This document shows positions 26,323 through 35,933 of a DNA stretch of 39,730 nucleotides, one piece after another (the first letter of the stretch is position 1; each line of letters starts with the position of its first letter). The notes under the pieces were generated by a model that was given only the letters and a program-made list of their open reading frames with translations, did not search any database and was not told the DNA's origin. This DNA comes from an uncultured Chitinophagaceae bacterium (GTDB taxonomy: Bacteria > Bacteroidota > Bacteroidia > Chitinophagales > LD1), in contig CAZKHZ010000003.1 of the NCBI GenBank assembly GCA_964552715.1, forward strand, positions 1 through 39,730. Direction: 5' to 3'. A program made the position numbers and the translations under genes.

Positions 26323-28569
26323 ATGCTCAAAATATTCAATGATTGGTTGCGAAAATTTTGGCGATTCTTTCCAGTGCAATTGCTGGTAGTATCGCTCAGA
26401 AAGCATCAGGCTTTATTGATTTTTTGGATATTTATTTTCACCATAGTTGTTGGCAGGTTTGCAGCAAGTTATGGTGTGCCTTATCTTTTTCTAGACCCTG
26501 AATATCTCGGTAATGTTGGCTATTTGAGTTTTGCCTTTGTGGGCATGGGCTTTGCTGCCATGTTTGTTACTTGGAATATTGTAAGCTACATGTTGCACAG
26601 CCATCGCTTTGAGTTTTTGGCAAGTTTAGAAAAACCGCTTACAGTTTTCTTCATCAACAACTCTATTGTTCCCATTATTTTTTTATCAGGTTACATCTGG
26701 GCAATCGTACGTTTTCAATCGCAATTTGAATTCCAAAACTGGAAGATTGTTGCATTAATTCTGGTAGGTTTTGCTGCGGGTTTTGTATTTATTCTGCTGG
26801 TGACTTCTATTTATTTTCAACTCACAAACAGCTCGGTTACAAATGTTGCTAAAAGCAACAAGTTGGAACTAAAGAAAAGGAGGATTATAAAAAGGCTACA
26901 ACTAAACGAGGAGCTTGAACCCGCTGCAAAATGGCGTGTGGATTCGTTTATTTCTTCAACACTAACCTTTAGGCACACCCGCTCTGTTGAGCATTATGGT
27001 GACGTGCTATCTAAACTTGTTTTTCGTCAGCATCACCTGAACTCTTTGTTAGCTCAAATTGTTACCATTGCATTGTTGATAGGCTTAGGCTTTTATGTAG
27101 AAAATCCCTTTTTTCAGATTCCTACTGCAGCAAGTGTTTTTCTTGTAAGCTCTGTTTTGATTTCTCTGGTAGGTGTTTTTATTTATTGGACTGGTGGCTG
27201 GGGAACAACGGCTATTGTGGTGTTTATTATTATAGTAAATCAACTTACCAAATATGACTTTTTTGGTTACCAAAGTCGCGCTTTTGGTTTGATGTATGAT
27301 GGCGCGCAAGCCTCCTATACTTTAGATACTTTACGCAGCATGTCATCAGATGAAAATATTGCTGATGACAAAAAATACTTCATCAAAATTCTGAATAACT
27401 GGAAGCAAAATAACATCCGTCCGGGTAAAGGTGAAAAGCCTAAAATGGTTTTTTTGAATAGTAGTGGTGGTGGTTTGCGCGCAAGTGCTTTCACTATGGC
27501 AGTGTTTCAAAAAGCGGATAGTTTATTGAATGGCAGCCTGATGAAAAAAACCTTTTTGATGAGTGGCGCCAGCGGAGGTGCTGTTGCATTTGCCTACATA
27601 CATGAGTTGAATTACAGACAGGCAACAGGCAGCACTTTTAATCTGTGGGATAGAACTTTTTACGACCGACTTTCATTGGATTTGTTGAACCCAATGGGCA
27701 TCAGTATTCTGAGCAATGATTTGTTTTTCCCTATTCATAAATTTAAGATTGGGAAACAAACTTATTTCCGCGACCGTGGATATATGTTTGAAAAATATTT
27801 AGCATTGAATACTGGAATGGATTTTGAAAAGAAGCTCTCCGATTATCGCGCGGCTGAGTATCGCGCACAAATTCCTTTACTCATTTTTCACACAGCTATT
27901 ATCAACGATTCGCGGAATTTTTACATGAGTGCGCATCCCGTACGTTTTCTTATGCGCCCATGCAGCAAACGAAGTTATAACCTTGACTTAAGTATTGATG
28001 GGGTAGATTTCTGTAATCTTTTTAAACAACAGCAGGGTTATGAATTGCGTTTGCTTTCAGCAGCAAGAATGAATGCTTCTTTCCCTTTTATTCTGCCGCA
28101 TACCATTCTGCCAAGCGAGCCTCCTACTTATGTTTTTGATGGAGGTGCTATAGATAATTTTGGTGTAGAAACCACCATTAAATTCCTTACGGTTTTTAAA
28201 GATTGGATAAACGAAAACACAAGTGGTGTGGTGATTTTGCAAACCCGCGATTCACAGAAGGAAGAAGAGCCACAGGAGACACGCCAAAAGACTTTTCTGC
28301 AAAGTGTTTCGCAACCTCTCGGTTCTTTTTATAATAATCTTGAAAACATTCAAGACAACCACAACGACACCAAACTTGCTTATGTAAATGACTTGCTGAA
28401 CGGCAAAATTCAGTTCATTCTTTTTGAATATATACCCGAAAAGAAAACTGAAAAAGCATCTATGAGCTTGAGGCTTACTTCGCGCGAAAAAAGAGAAATA
28501 CTCAATTCTCTTTACCGACCAAACAACACACGCTCGTTTGATTTAATGCGAAAGGCATTGACGGATTAA
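26323..28569 (+). CDS. polytopic membrane protein with a C-terminal patatin-like phospholipase domain
   Basis: About 8 hydrophobic helices in the first ~310 aa. Oxyanion motif SGGGLRAS (GGGLR ~27466-27480), nucleophile elbow GASGG (27565-27579), catalytic Asp motif FDGGAIDNFG (DGG 28138-28146). ATG 26323 preferred to TTG 26317. Confidence 0.85.
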   Translation: MLKIFNDWLRKFWRFFPVQLLVVSLRKHQALLIFWIFIFTIVVGRFAASYGVPYLFLDPEYLGNVGYLSFAFVGMGFAAMFVTWNIVSYMLHSHRFEFLASLEKPLTVFFINNSIVPIIFLSGYIWAIVRFQSQFEFQNWKIVALILVGFAAGFVFILLVTSIYFQLTNSSVTNVAKSNKLELKKRRIIKRLQLNEELEPAAKWRVDSFISSTLTFRHTRSVEHYGDVLSKLVFRQHHLNSLLAQIVTIALLIGLGFYVENPFFQIPTAASVFLVSSVLISLVGVFIYWTGGWGTTAIVVFIIIVNQLTKYDFFGYQSRAFGLMYDGAQASYTLDTLRSMSSDENIADDKKYFIKILNNWKQNNIRPGKGEKPKMVFLNSSGGGLRASAFTMAVFQKADSLLNGSLMKKTFLMSGASGGAVAFAYIHELNYRQATGSTFNLWDRTFYDRLSLDLLNPMGISILSNDLFFPIHKFKIGKQTYFRDRGYMFEKYLALNTGMDFEKKLSDYRAAEYRAQIPLLIFHTAIINDSRNFYMSAHPVRFLMRPCSKRSYNLDLSIDGVDFCNLFKQQQGYELRLLSAARMNASFPFILPHTILPSEPPTYVFDGGAIDNFGVETTIKFLTVFKDWINENTSGVVILQTRDSQKEEEPQETRQKTFLQSVSQPLGSFYNNLENIQDNHNDTKLAYVNDLLNGKIQFILFEYIPEKKTEKASMSLRLTSREKREILNSLYRPNNTRSFDLMRKALTD

Positions 28570-28601
28570 AATAGTTTTTAGTAGCCCTGCATAGATGAAG
28601 T

Positions 28602-30320
28602 TTATACCTCTATTAACCAAACTTGAATACTTGCATTTTTGGTTTCATGATCACATTGTGAATCAAGCATTAGGTGGAACTTGCTTTTCTTAAATGCATC
28701 ATCAATTTTGAAATAGAAGGCACATTGCGAGGCAGCATTTTCATTATTAATCGGTGTGTACATTCTTATATTTCTTTCCTTAACACTATCACTTTTCTCC
28801 AATTTTGCATGTAAAGAACTTCCCCACAAGCCAGTTGAATTTTCACCTTTGAATTCGACTTTCAAAAATTGTTGTTTTACTACACCTGAAGTAAATTTTT
28901 CTAAATCGAATTCAGTTATTAGAAATGATTTTGAATAGTCAACTTTTATTTTTTCAAGACTTAATTCCTTAATCAATATCTTACTTGAAATGTTTTGAGG
29001 TAATACAAATTCATCCGTATCTAAAAGACTAAAATTTTCTGCGTTTGGTGATGGATTTAAGTAAATTGATTGATAGTACTTCCTGTTCATGTGGTCGTGA
29101 TGAATAGTTCCATTTGCAAATTGATATAGCTGAAAAATATTTACTGCAATCAAAAAAGTAAACACAGGAATTACAAAATACTTCCACTTACTATTTAAAA
29201 TATGCTGCACAAGAGCAGTAAGAGCTAAAGCCAATACAGGATAGCTTTGAACCAATGCGCGCGTACTGTAACTGCCTCCATATCGCCAATCAAACCAGGA
29301 AATAATAATCCATGTATTGATTAGAAAAAAAATAATTGTAGCGCGCTTGAATGGAAGATTTTTAATAAAGAAAAAACCCAACACAAAAAAAATGGTTATT
29401 GGCGTGTAAATAAACCAACCTTTTTCCCAACCAAACAATACGCGCCACCAAGGATTCAAAAATACCCATTTTGAGCCTACATCATATACTATATTTCCAG
29501 TGATGTAATACCAGTAAACTATTTGTGGAAGAATGCCCAGAAAGCCACCTACAGCAGCCCAAAGAATATGTTCTCTGTACTGTTTAACCAACGCCCACTT
29601 TTGTTTACTTGAATCACTATTAAATTCACCCCAAAACAGTGGCACAAGCAACATAGTGGCTTCTGTCGGACGACAACACGTAGCTAATCCGATAAGATAT
29701 CCGGAAAGTAAAGCCCATTGAGGCTTTGGCTGTTTATACCAAGCTATAGTTACTAATAACTGAATACAAAAAAGTAAGAAGATATAATTGTGTGTTAGTG
29801 CAGAATCTAAAGAAACATAAATGGGAAAATTTGTGCCTAGCACAACAGCAAGAATGGTAATAGCAGCCGCTGTATCTGTAAAATATTTCAGTAATACTTT
29901 TCTTAGTAGCAATAGAGCAATAAGAGCATAGAAAAGCGCAGCAATACAAATCGCAATTTGATATGGTGCAGAAAAACCATCTGCTGGATAGCCTAAAGCA
30001 GTTGCAAGTGAATGCGCTATTAAAAAGAATGGAAGAAAGAGAAAGGACAAGCCTAAAAAATACTTGCCTACATAATTTCCATTCTTGTGTAGATTTGCCT
30101 GATAAATATGACCTGACAAATTATATTTGGAATTAGCTTCAAAAAGCCAGTCCAACTTCTTCAGGTCTTTGTAAATAAACACACCAGGTAAATAGAAGTA
30201 ATAGCCAAGTGCATCCCATGTGGTAACCTTCACTAGCCTTATATCGCGATTTGGTGCAGAAGTAATTCTGAATGAAATGAGAAAAATAATACTTAAAAGA
30301 ATTACTAAAAAGCTTTTCAT
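28602..30320 (-). CDS. multi-spanning membrane protein, GT-C-fold (GT39/ArnT-like) glycosyltransferase candidate
   Basis: More than 10 hydrophobic helices, an early loop with TWDALGYYFYLPGVFIYKD and a soluble C-terminal ~150 aa. The family call comes from architecture only. Confidence 0.45.
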   Translation of the reverse strand: MKSFLVILLSIIFLISFRITSAPNRDIRLVKVTTWDALGYYFYLPGVFIYKDLKKLDWLFEANSKYNLSGHIYQANLHKNGNYVGKYFLGLSFLFLPFFLIAHSLATALGYPADGFSAPYQIAICIAALFYALIALLLLRKVLLKYFTDTAAAITILAVVLGTNFPIYVSLDSALTHNYIFLLFCIQLLVTIAWYKQPKPQWALLSGYLIGLATCCRPTEATMLLVPLFWGEFNSDSSKQKWALVKQYREHILWAAVGGFLGILPQIVYWYYITGNIVYDVGSKWVFLNPWWRVLFGWEKGWFIYTPITIFFVLGFFFIKNLPFKRATIIFFLINTWIIISWFDWRYGGSYSTRALVQSYPVLALALTALVQHILNSKWKYFVIPVFTFLIAVNIFQLYQFANGTIHHDHMNRKYYQSIYLNPSPNAENFSLLDTDEFVLPQNISSKILIKELSLEKIKVDYSKSFLITEFDLEKFTSGVVKQQFLKVEFKGENSTGLWGSSLHAKLEKSDSVKERNIRMYTPINNENAASQCAFYFKIDDAFKKSKFHLMLDSQCDHETKNASIQVWLIEV

Positions 30321-30352
30321 CTATTTATGGTAAATCGAATAAATAATCTCGT

Positions 30353-31987
30353 TTAGGTCTGTATCACACCCACACTAAACTGCTTGGTTATTGGTGCATG
30401 ATTTGCAGCTTCTATACCCATCGAAATTATTTTGCGTGTATCAAGCGGGTCAATAATTCCATCAGTCCACAATCTTGCTGCGGCATAACGCGGTTCGAGT
30501 GTTTCGGCATATTTTGCTTTTATGGTATCCAGCAAATGTTTTTCGTCTTCGGGCGAAACCTCCTTGCCTTTTGCCTTCATGTTGCTTACCTGAATTTGCA
30601 GCATCACCTTAGCCGCTTGCTCGCCACCCATCACCGCAATTTTTGAATTAGGCCAAGCAAAAATCAGGCGCGGGTCATAAGCCTTTCCGCACATAGCGTA
30701 GTTGCCAGCACCATAGCTGTTGCCAACGATAAAAGTGAATTTTGGCACTACCGAGTTTGCCACTGCTGCCACCAATTTTGCACCATCTTTAATAATGCCA
30801 CCTTGCTCGCTGCGGCTGCCTACCATAAAGCCCGTTACATCCTGCAAAAACACCAAAGGAATTTTCTTTTGATTGCAATTCATGATAAAGCGCGCGGCTT
30901 TGTCGGCACTGTCGCTGTATATCACACCGCCAAATTGCATTTCGCCTTTTTTGCTTTTCACCACCTTGCGTTGGTTGGCTACAATGCCCACGCTCCAGCC
31001 GTCCACGCGCGCATAGCAGCAGATAATGCTTTTGCCATATTCTTCTTTATACTGAATCACTTCGCTTTTATCCACCAAGCGTTTTATCACTTCCAGCATG
31101 TCATATTGCTTAGCAGAATCCGATGGAATGATGCCATAGATTTCAGTTTCATCCAGCTCAGGTTTTTCAGATTCGATGCGGTCGAAACCTGCTTTTTCGT
31201 TATGCCCAAATTTATCTACCAAACCGCGAATGGTTTCTAAGCAGTGCTTATCATCTTTCATTTTATAGTCGGTAACACCGCTTATTTCGCAATGTGTAAC
31301 CGCCCCGCCCAAGGTTTCATTATCAATATCTTCACCTATCGCGCTTTTCACCAAATAGCTTCCTGCTAAAAACACCGAGCCGGTATTTTCAACAATCAAA
31401 GCCTCATCGCTCATAATAGGCAAGTAAGCACCGCCCGCAACACAACTGCCCATGATGGCAGCAATTTGTGGAATGCCTGCCGCGCTCATCACCGCGTTGT
31501 TGCGGAAGATTCTGCCAAAGTGTTCTTTGTCCGGAAACACCTCATCCTGCATGGGTAAAAACGCACCCGCGCTATCCACTAAGTATATTATCGGAATACG
31601 ATTTTCCATCGCAATTTCCTGAATGCGCAAATTCTTTTTTGCCGAAATAGGAAAGTAGGCGCCTGCCTTTACCGTGGCGTCATTTGCAGCCACAATGCAC
31701 AGCCTGCTTTTTACATAACCCATCATGGCAACGGTGCCACCGGCAACGCAGCCACCTTGCTCGGCATACATGTTCCAGCCTGCAAACGAACCAATTTCTA
31801 CAGTTGGTTTGCCTTTGTCAAACAATAAATCCAAACGCTCGCGAGCCGTGAGTTTGCCTTTTGCTTTATGCTTCTCAATTGATTTTTTTCCGCCACCCAA
31901 TTTGATTTGCTCTAACTGTTTTTTCAGTTCGCTCACCATTAGGCGGATGCTATCTTCGTTCTTATTGAATTCTAAATCGTTTGCCAT
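30353..31987 (-). CDS. acyl-CoA carboxylase carboxyltransferase (beta) subunit, MccB/PccB family
   Basis: GGGKKSIEKHKAKGKLTARERLDLLFD opening. Tandem crotonase-like halves (AANDATVKAGAYFP..., IMGSCVAGGAYLP..., FLQDVTGFMVGS, GNSYGAGNYAMCG). Confidence 0.88.
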   Translation of the reverse strand: MANDLEFNKNEDSIRLMVSELKKQLEQIKLGGGKKSIEKHKAKGKLTARERLDLLFDKGKPTVEIGSFAGWNMYAEQGGCVAGGTVAMMGYVKSRLCIVAANDATVKAGAYFPISAKKNLRIQEIAMENRIPIIYLVDSAGAFLPMQDEVFPDKEHFGRIFRNNAVMSAAGIPQIAAIMGSCVAGGAYLPIMSDEALIVENTGSVFLAGSYLVKSAIGEDIDNETLGGAVTHCEISGVTDYKMKDDKHCLETIRGLVDKFGHNEKAGFDRIESEKPELDETEIYGIIPSDSAKQYDMLEVIKRLVDKSEVIQYKEEYGKSIICCYARVDGWSVGIVANQRKVVKSKKGEMQFGGVIYSDSADKAARFIMNCNQKKIPLVFLQDVTGFMVGSRSEQGGIIKDGAKLVAAVANSVVPKFTFIVGNSYGAGNYAMCGKAYDPRLIFAWPNSKIAVMGGEQAAKVMLQIQVSNMKAKGKEVSPEDEKHLLDTIKAKYAETLEPRYAAARLWTDGIIDPLDTRKIISMGIEAANHAPITKQFSVGVIQT

Positions 31988-32092
31988 GTTTTGTAAAGAG
32001 GGCGCAAACTAAACAGAAAAGATTTAGAAGGTGTTTTGATTTCGCTATACTTTTTAAAACTTAAACTGATGCGGTCTTTCTTCTTGTAGTAA

Positions 32093-32213
32093 GGGCGGTA
32101 CTAAAAATTGTCCTTTTATCTCCCTTTTGTTGTAGCCTGCGAAAATCCCGCCAAAGGCGGGAAGGGAGATTTAGAGGGAGGAGTTTTTAAACATTCAATT
32201 TTTAGAACCGTCC
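32093..32213. repeat. 121-nt nested-hairpin element (MITE-like or structured RNA)
   Basis: Outer arms GGGCGGTACTAAAAATTG (32093-32110) / CAATTTTTAGAACCGTCC (32196-32213): 16 WC pairs, 1 G-U and 1 mismatch. Middle stem ATCTCCCTT (32118-32126) / AAGGGAGAT (32162-32170). Inner stem CCCGCC-AAA-GGCGGG (32147-32161). Confidence 0.6.
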
Positions 32214-32417
32214 ATAATTGCCCGCTTTATTAATGCAAGTTTAGCTTAGGCGTATAAGTTTACCTACAAAATGCGTCAGGAAAACCACCGTCAAAGTCTG
32301 CACGCATTGTCGGAGTATTTTGTTTTTAGCTTCCGCTTGAAGCGATTAGAAAAACAAACAGTACAAAAATTACTGTCAAAATAAGGTGCTTAATTTTTCA
32401 ATCACTAACATTGCGCT

Positions 32418-33542
32418 ATGCAGTTCTCGGACATAATAGGGCAGGAAGGCGCAAAGCGAAAACTGATGAATATGATTTCATCGGGCAGAATGCCGCACGC
32501 GCTTTTGATTAGCGGCAGCGAAGGCTCGGGCGGCTTACCATTGGCTTTTGCCATTGCGAAATATTTAAACTGCGAAAACCCAAATGCAAGCGATTCATGT
32601 GGCGAGTGCAATTCATGTTCCAAGGCGAAAAAATTGATTCATCCCGATATATTTTATACCTATCCAACCATTGCTAAAAAGAGTGGCGATAAACCTGTAA
32701 GTGCTGATTTTATTACCGAATGGCGCAAGGCAATTAATGAAAACCCATACATCACTTACAACGAATGGCTGGATGCAATTGGTGCCGAAACAAAACAGGG
32801 CAACATTACCACTCACGAGTGTCACGAAATTGTGAGGCGCATCAGTTTAAAGAGTTACGAAAGCCAGTACAAAGTACAAATTGTGTGGCTGGCTGAGTTG
32901 CTGCGCGAAACCGGAAATGTGTTGCTGAAAAGTATTGAAGAGCCGCCTCCAGGCACGGTGTTTATTTTGGTAACCGAGCAGCCAGATTTAATTCTCACTA
33001 CCATTCTTTCGCGTACACAATTGTTGCGTTTGCCACCAATCGAAACCGAAGCTATTGAGGCAGCTTTGCAGCAAAGGTTAGAATTGGATAAAAGAGAAGC
33101 TGCCCCCGAAATAGCACATCTTTCAAATGGCAGTTGGGTTGCGGCAATGGAACTTGCCCACAACGAACAGATAGAATCCGAAGCTATTTTTCTTGCATGG
33201 TTGCGTTTTTGTGCCGGAAAGTTTTCTGTACAAACGGCTTCGGGTTTAATGAATTGGATTGATGAGTTTCATACCCTTGGCAGAGAGAAACAAAAGTTAC
33301 TGTTGCAATATGGTTTGTTCTTTATTCAAAATTGTTTGGAAGAAAAAACTACAGGCAAAAATCGCCTGCAACAAGGTGCCTTAGAAGCATCCAAGAAAAT
33401 TGCTGCAAGGTATCCTTTGGAAACACTAAAAGAAGTGCACGATGTGCTGAATAAGTTTCATTATCACATTGAGCGCAATGCACATGCCAAGATTGCTGCC
33501 ATGAGTAATTCTCTTTTAATTTCTGAAGCATTTAATGCTTAA
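32418..33542 (+). CDS. holB: DNA polymerase III subunit delta-prime
   Basis: IIGQEGAKRKLMNMISSGRMPHALLISGSEGSGGLPLAFAIAKYLNC, Zn-module CGECNSCSK, SIEEPPPGTVFILV and ILSRTQLLRL (SRC-type) motifs. Confidence 0.9.
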   Translation: MQFSDIIGQEGAKRKLMNMISSGRMPHALLISGSEGSGGLPLAFAIAKYLNCENPNASDSCGECNSCSKAKKLIHPDIFYTYPTIAKKSGDKPVSADFITEWRKAINENPYITYNEWLDAIGAETKQGNITTHECHEIVRRISLKSYESQYKVQIVWLAELLRETGNVLLKSIEEPPPGTVFILVTEQPDLILTTILSRTQLLRLPPIETEAIEAALQQRLELDKREAAPEIAHLSNGSWVAAMELAHNEQIESEAIFLAWLRFCAGKFSVQTASGLMNWIDEFHTLGREKQKLLLQYGLFFIQNCLEEKTTGKNRLQQGALEASKKIAARYPLETLKEVHDVLNKFHYHIERNAHAKIAAMSNSLLISEAFNA

Positions 33543-33565
33543 TTATTCATCAAAATAAATCCACA

Positions 33566-33871
33566 ATGGAAAACAATTTCTTTAGTTCTGCTTTAGGCAG
33601 ATTCAGGTTAGTAGCTATTTTAGAAGGGATCTCTTATTTGGTATTGCTATTTATAGCCATGCCGCTAAAGTATATTTGGCAAATGCCGCTTGCGGTAAAA
33701 TATACGGGCTGGGCGCATGGTGTTTTGTTTGTGTTGTATATGGTTCTACTACTATTGGTTTGGATTGAACTTAAATGGAAGTTCACCAAAGTATTGTGGG
33801 CATTTATTGCTTCATTTATCCCTTTCGGCACATTTATTTTAGACAAACAATTGAAGAACGAAAGCAAATAA
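33566..33871 (+). CDS. DUF3817-family small membrane protein
   Basis: FRLVAILEGISYLVLLFIAMPLKY... GWAHGVLFVLY... IPFGTFILDKQL, three TM helices, as I remember for this family. Confidence 0.78.
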   Translation: MENNFFSSALGRFRLVAILEGISYLVLLFIAMPLKYIWQMPLAVKYTGWAHGVLFVLYMVLLLLVWIELKWKFTKVLWAFIASFIPFGTFILDKQLKNESK

Positions 33872-33891
33872 AGTCGCAAGTTTATACAAAC

Positions 33892-33927
33892 AAAAAAGGC
33901 TGCCTCAAACGAAGCAGCCTTTTTTTA
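33892..33927. terminator. bidirectional terminator between the DUF3817 gene and the convergent T9SS cargo gene
   Basis: A6-GGCTGC-(10 nt)-GCAGCC-T7; the A/T runs can extend the stem. Confidence 0.75.
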
Positions 33928-33944
33928 TTCTTCAAAAAACTTAA

Positions 33945-35756
33945 TTAACGAACTACATTGAATTTGTAAGAAGATGTTTTAGCATCGCTTTTTACACGAG
34001 TAATGTACAGACCACCTTGTAAATCGCGTATATCAACTTTATCAAAGTAACTCTCATTGCTGAAAGTTGAGTTGATTACATTTTTAACCACGCGACCGTT
34101 CAAATCAAGAATGTCAATAGAAACATTGTTTGTTTCATTTACATCAAAACCGAATGTCAACTCGTTAACAGCTGGATTAGGGAACATACGGAATTGCAAA
34201 TCAGATTTTGCAGGATCTGTGATGCTTGAAATAATCGCAGTGTCTTTCAAGAAAACTATTTGTGGGAATGGAGCACTTGGAAGACCAGCGAAAATTCTGA
34301 AAGCTGCTCCGTTTTTGTTTGCAGCAGAATCAATAAATCCTGAAGCAAGAACTGTAACTGCTTTACCATCTAAAGCACCTAGTGGCACGATGTATGATTT
34401 GTAAGTTGTTCCACCTGGAACTTTCAAGTCAACAACTACATTACCTAATGAAGTTGGCAATGAAGTACCAACACCAGTAACATTTGCAACTTGGAATTCA
34501 CCATATTTTAGGTTTGAAATTAAACTTGCTCCACCAAGACCTGGTGCAGTTAAGCTAATTGTAGGAGCATCTGTAGCACCATGGAAAACCGTAACCTGAG
34601 TTGAACCAGTCATTTGCGTAACACGTACAGGTTTTTTGATGAAGAAGTTTAATTTTTTACTTATACCATCAGGGTTATTTGTGAAACCAGTTGTGTCAGA
34701 AAGACCTGAAACAACAGCTACAACGCTATCAGAATCAAATCTTAAGGTAGTGCCGAGTACACTTGAAGAAGAATCTTTTCTGTGTAAATCAATTTCATAA
34801 TCAAAATCTTGGATGAAACCTGCAGATTGGAATCCAGCTCTGAAGTTCAAACCTAATTGTTGCTTCATACCACCAACATATAAGTCAACACTTTTAAGTG
34901 AAGGATCAGCAGCATTGTGATAAACCTGAACCAATCCAGCAACTTTTTCTTTAGGTAATTGAGCTACAGTTAAGTATCCGTTTGCTTGAGCAGGAGCAAC
35001 AACAGCAGCAAATAAACCAAAGCCAGCACCACCTGTTGGAGGCGCTAAAAAGCCTGACGCAAAAACAAATGCTGCTGCACCACCTAAGCCTTTAAGAGCA
35101 TCAGCATTAGCTTGATAAGCTGTAACTGTTGTTCCTGTTGCATAAACGTGCAATCTTCTTGAAGCTGCAGGATATTGGAAAGAAGCTGTAGTCGCTCTAA
35201 AAGGAGCATTGTTAACAGCAGTATCTCTTTTTAATGACTGGATTGTTGTGATGAAAGACTGAACAGTTACCGCAGGAGCATCAACAGCACCATGGTGAAC
35301 TGTTAGACTAACTTGTGCAGGATTTCCAGATGTGAATGAAACGCCTGAAGTAACATCCAAAGCAAAAGCTTTTGGAACACCACTTGGATTTCCACCAGCG
35401 ATGTAATTGGTATCTACTAAACCATTTGCAACGATTGCATAGTTACCTGCTGGAATGCCTGCTGGGAAATTTTTTGTGTAAATCCCTTGTGCAGTTGATG
35501 TACTGGTTTTTGGAGCAACTACTAAGTCAGTATTTCCTGGAACAGCAGGAAAACCTGGGTCATAATAAAAAGCACCGCGAAATGGGAAATTGTCAATGAT
35601 TTTTGATTCGCCACCAGGCAAGGCAGCATTTTTAACGTAAACGTCCACTGTGTCAGCAGCAGGATCGGCACAGTTGTGTACCACAAGAATTTTAATTTGG
35701 GCAGATGCAGACAATAGTCCCATCGTTATACCCATTGAAAGAAGAATTTTTTTCAT
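33945..35756 (-). CDS. secreted DUF4397-repeat protein with a T9SS type-A C-terminal sorting domain
   Basis: Start at MKKILLSMGITMGLLSASAQ (ATG 35756). Repeated VHN/VHHGA-DAP-V-V modules (VVHNCADPAADTVDVYV, VHHGAVDAPAVTV, VYHNAADPSLKSVDLYV, VFHGATDAPTISL). CTD: FRMFPNPAVNELTFGFDV..VSIDILDLNGRVV...LQGGLYITRVKSD..SYKFNVVR. Confidence 0.85.
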   Translation of the reverse strand: MKKILLSMGITMGLLSASAQIKILVVHNCADPAADTVDVYVKNAALPGGESKIIDNFPFRGAFYYDPGFPAVPGNTDLVVAPKTSTSTAQGIYTKNFPAGIPAGNYAIVANGLVDTNYIAGGNPSGVPKAFALDVTSGVSFTSGNPAQVSLTVHHGAVDAPAVTVQSFITTIQSLKRDTAVNNAPFRATTASFQYPAASRRLHVYATGTTVTAYQANADALKGLGGAAAFVFASGFLAPPTGGAGFGLFAAVVAPAQANGYLTVAQLPKEKVAGLVQVYHNAADPSLKSVDLYVGGMKQQLGLNFRAGFQSAGFIQDFDYEIDLHRKDSSSSVLGTTLRFDSDSVVAVVSGLSDTTGFTNNPDGISKKLNFFIKKPVRVTQMTGSTQVTVFHGATDAPTISLTAPGLGGASLISNLKYGEFQVANVTGVGTSLPTSLGNVVVDLKVPGGTTYKSYIVPLGALDGKAVTVLASGFIDSAANKNGAAFRIFAGLPSAPFPQIVFLKDTAIISSITDPAKSDLQFRMFPNPAVNELTFGFDVNETNNVSIDILDLNGRVVKNVINSTFSNESYFDKVDIRDLQGGLYITRVKSDAKTSSYKFNVVR

Positions 35757-35933
35757 AGAACAGAAAATTTTGTTTAAAAAATAATGAATGGCGAAGTAAC
35801 AAATTGCTGCGGTATTTTGTTCTATATCCGCAGTTTTTTTTTCATATAAAAGTTCACTTTCGATTTCTTTAACACTTAGCATGAGTTTATGGGAACTCAT
35901 TAAGTGTAAAATAAGACAGTATAGAATGAAGAT

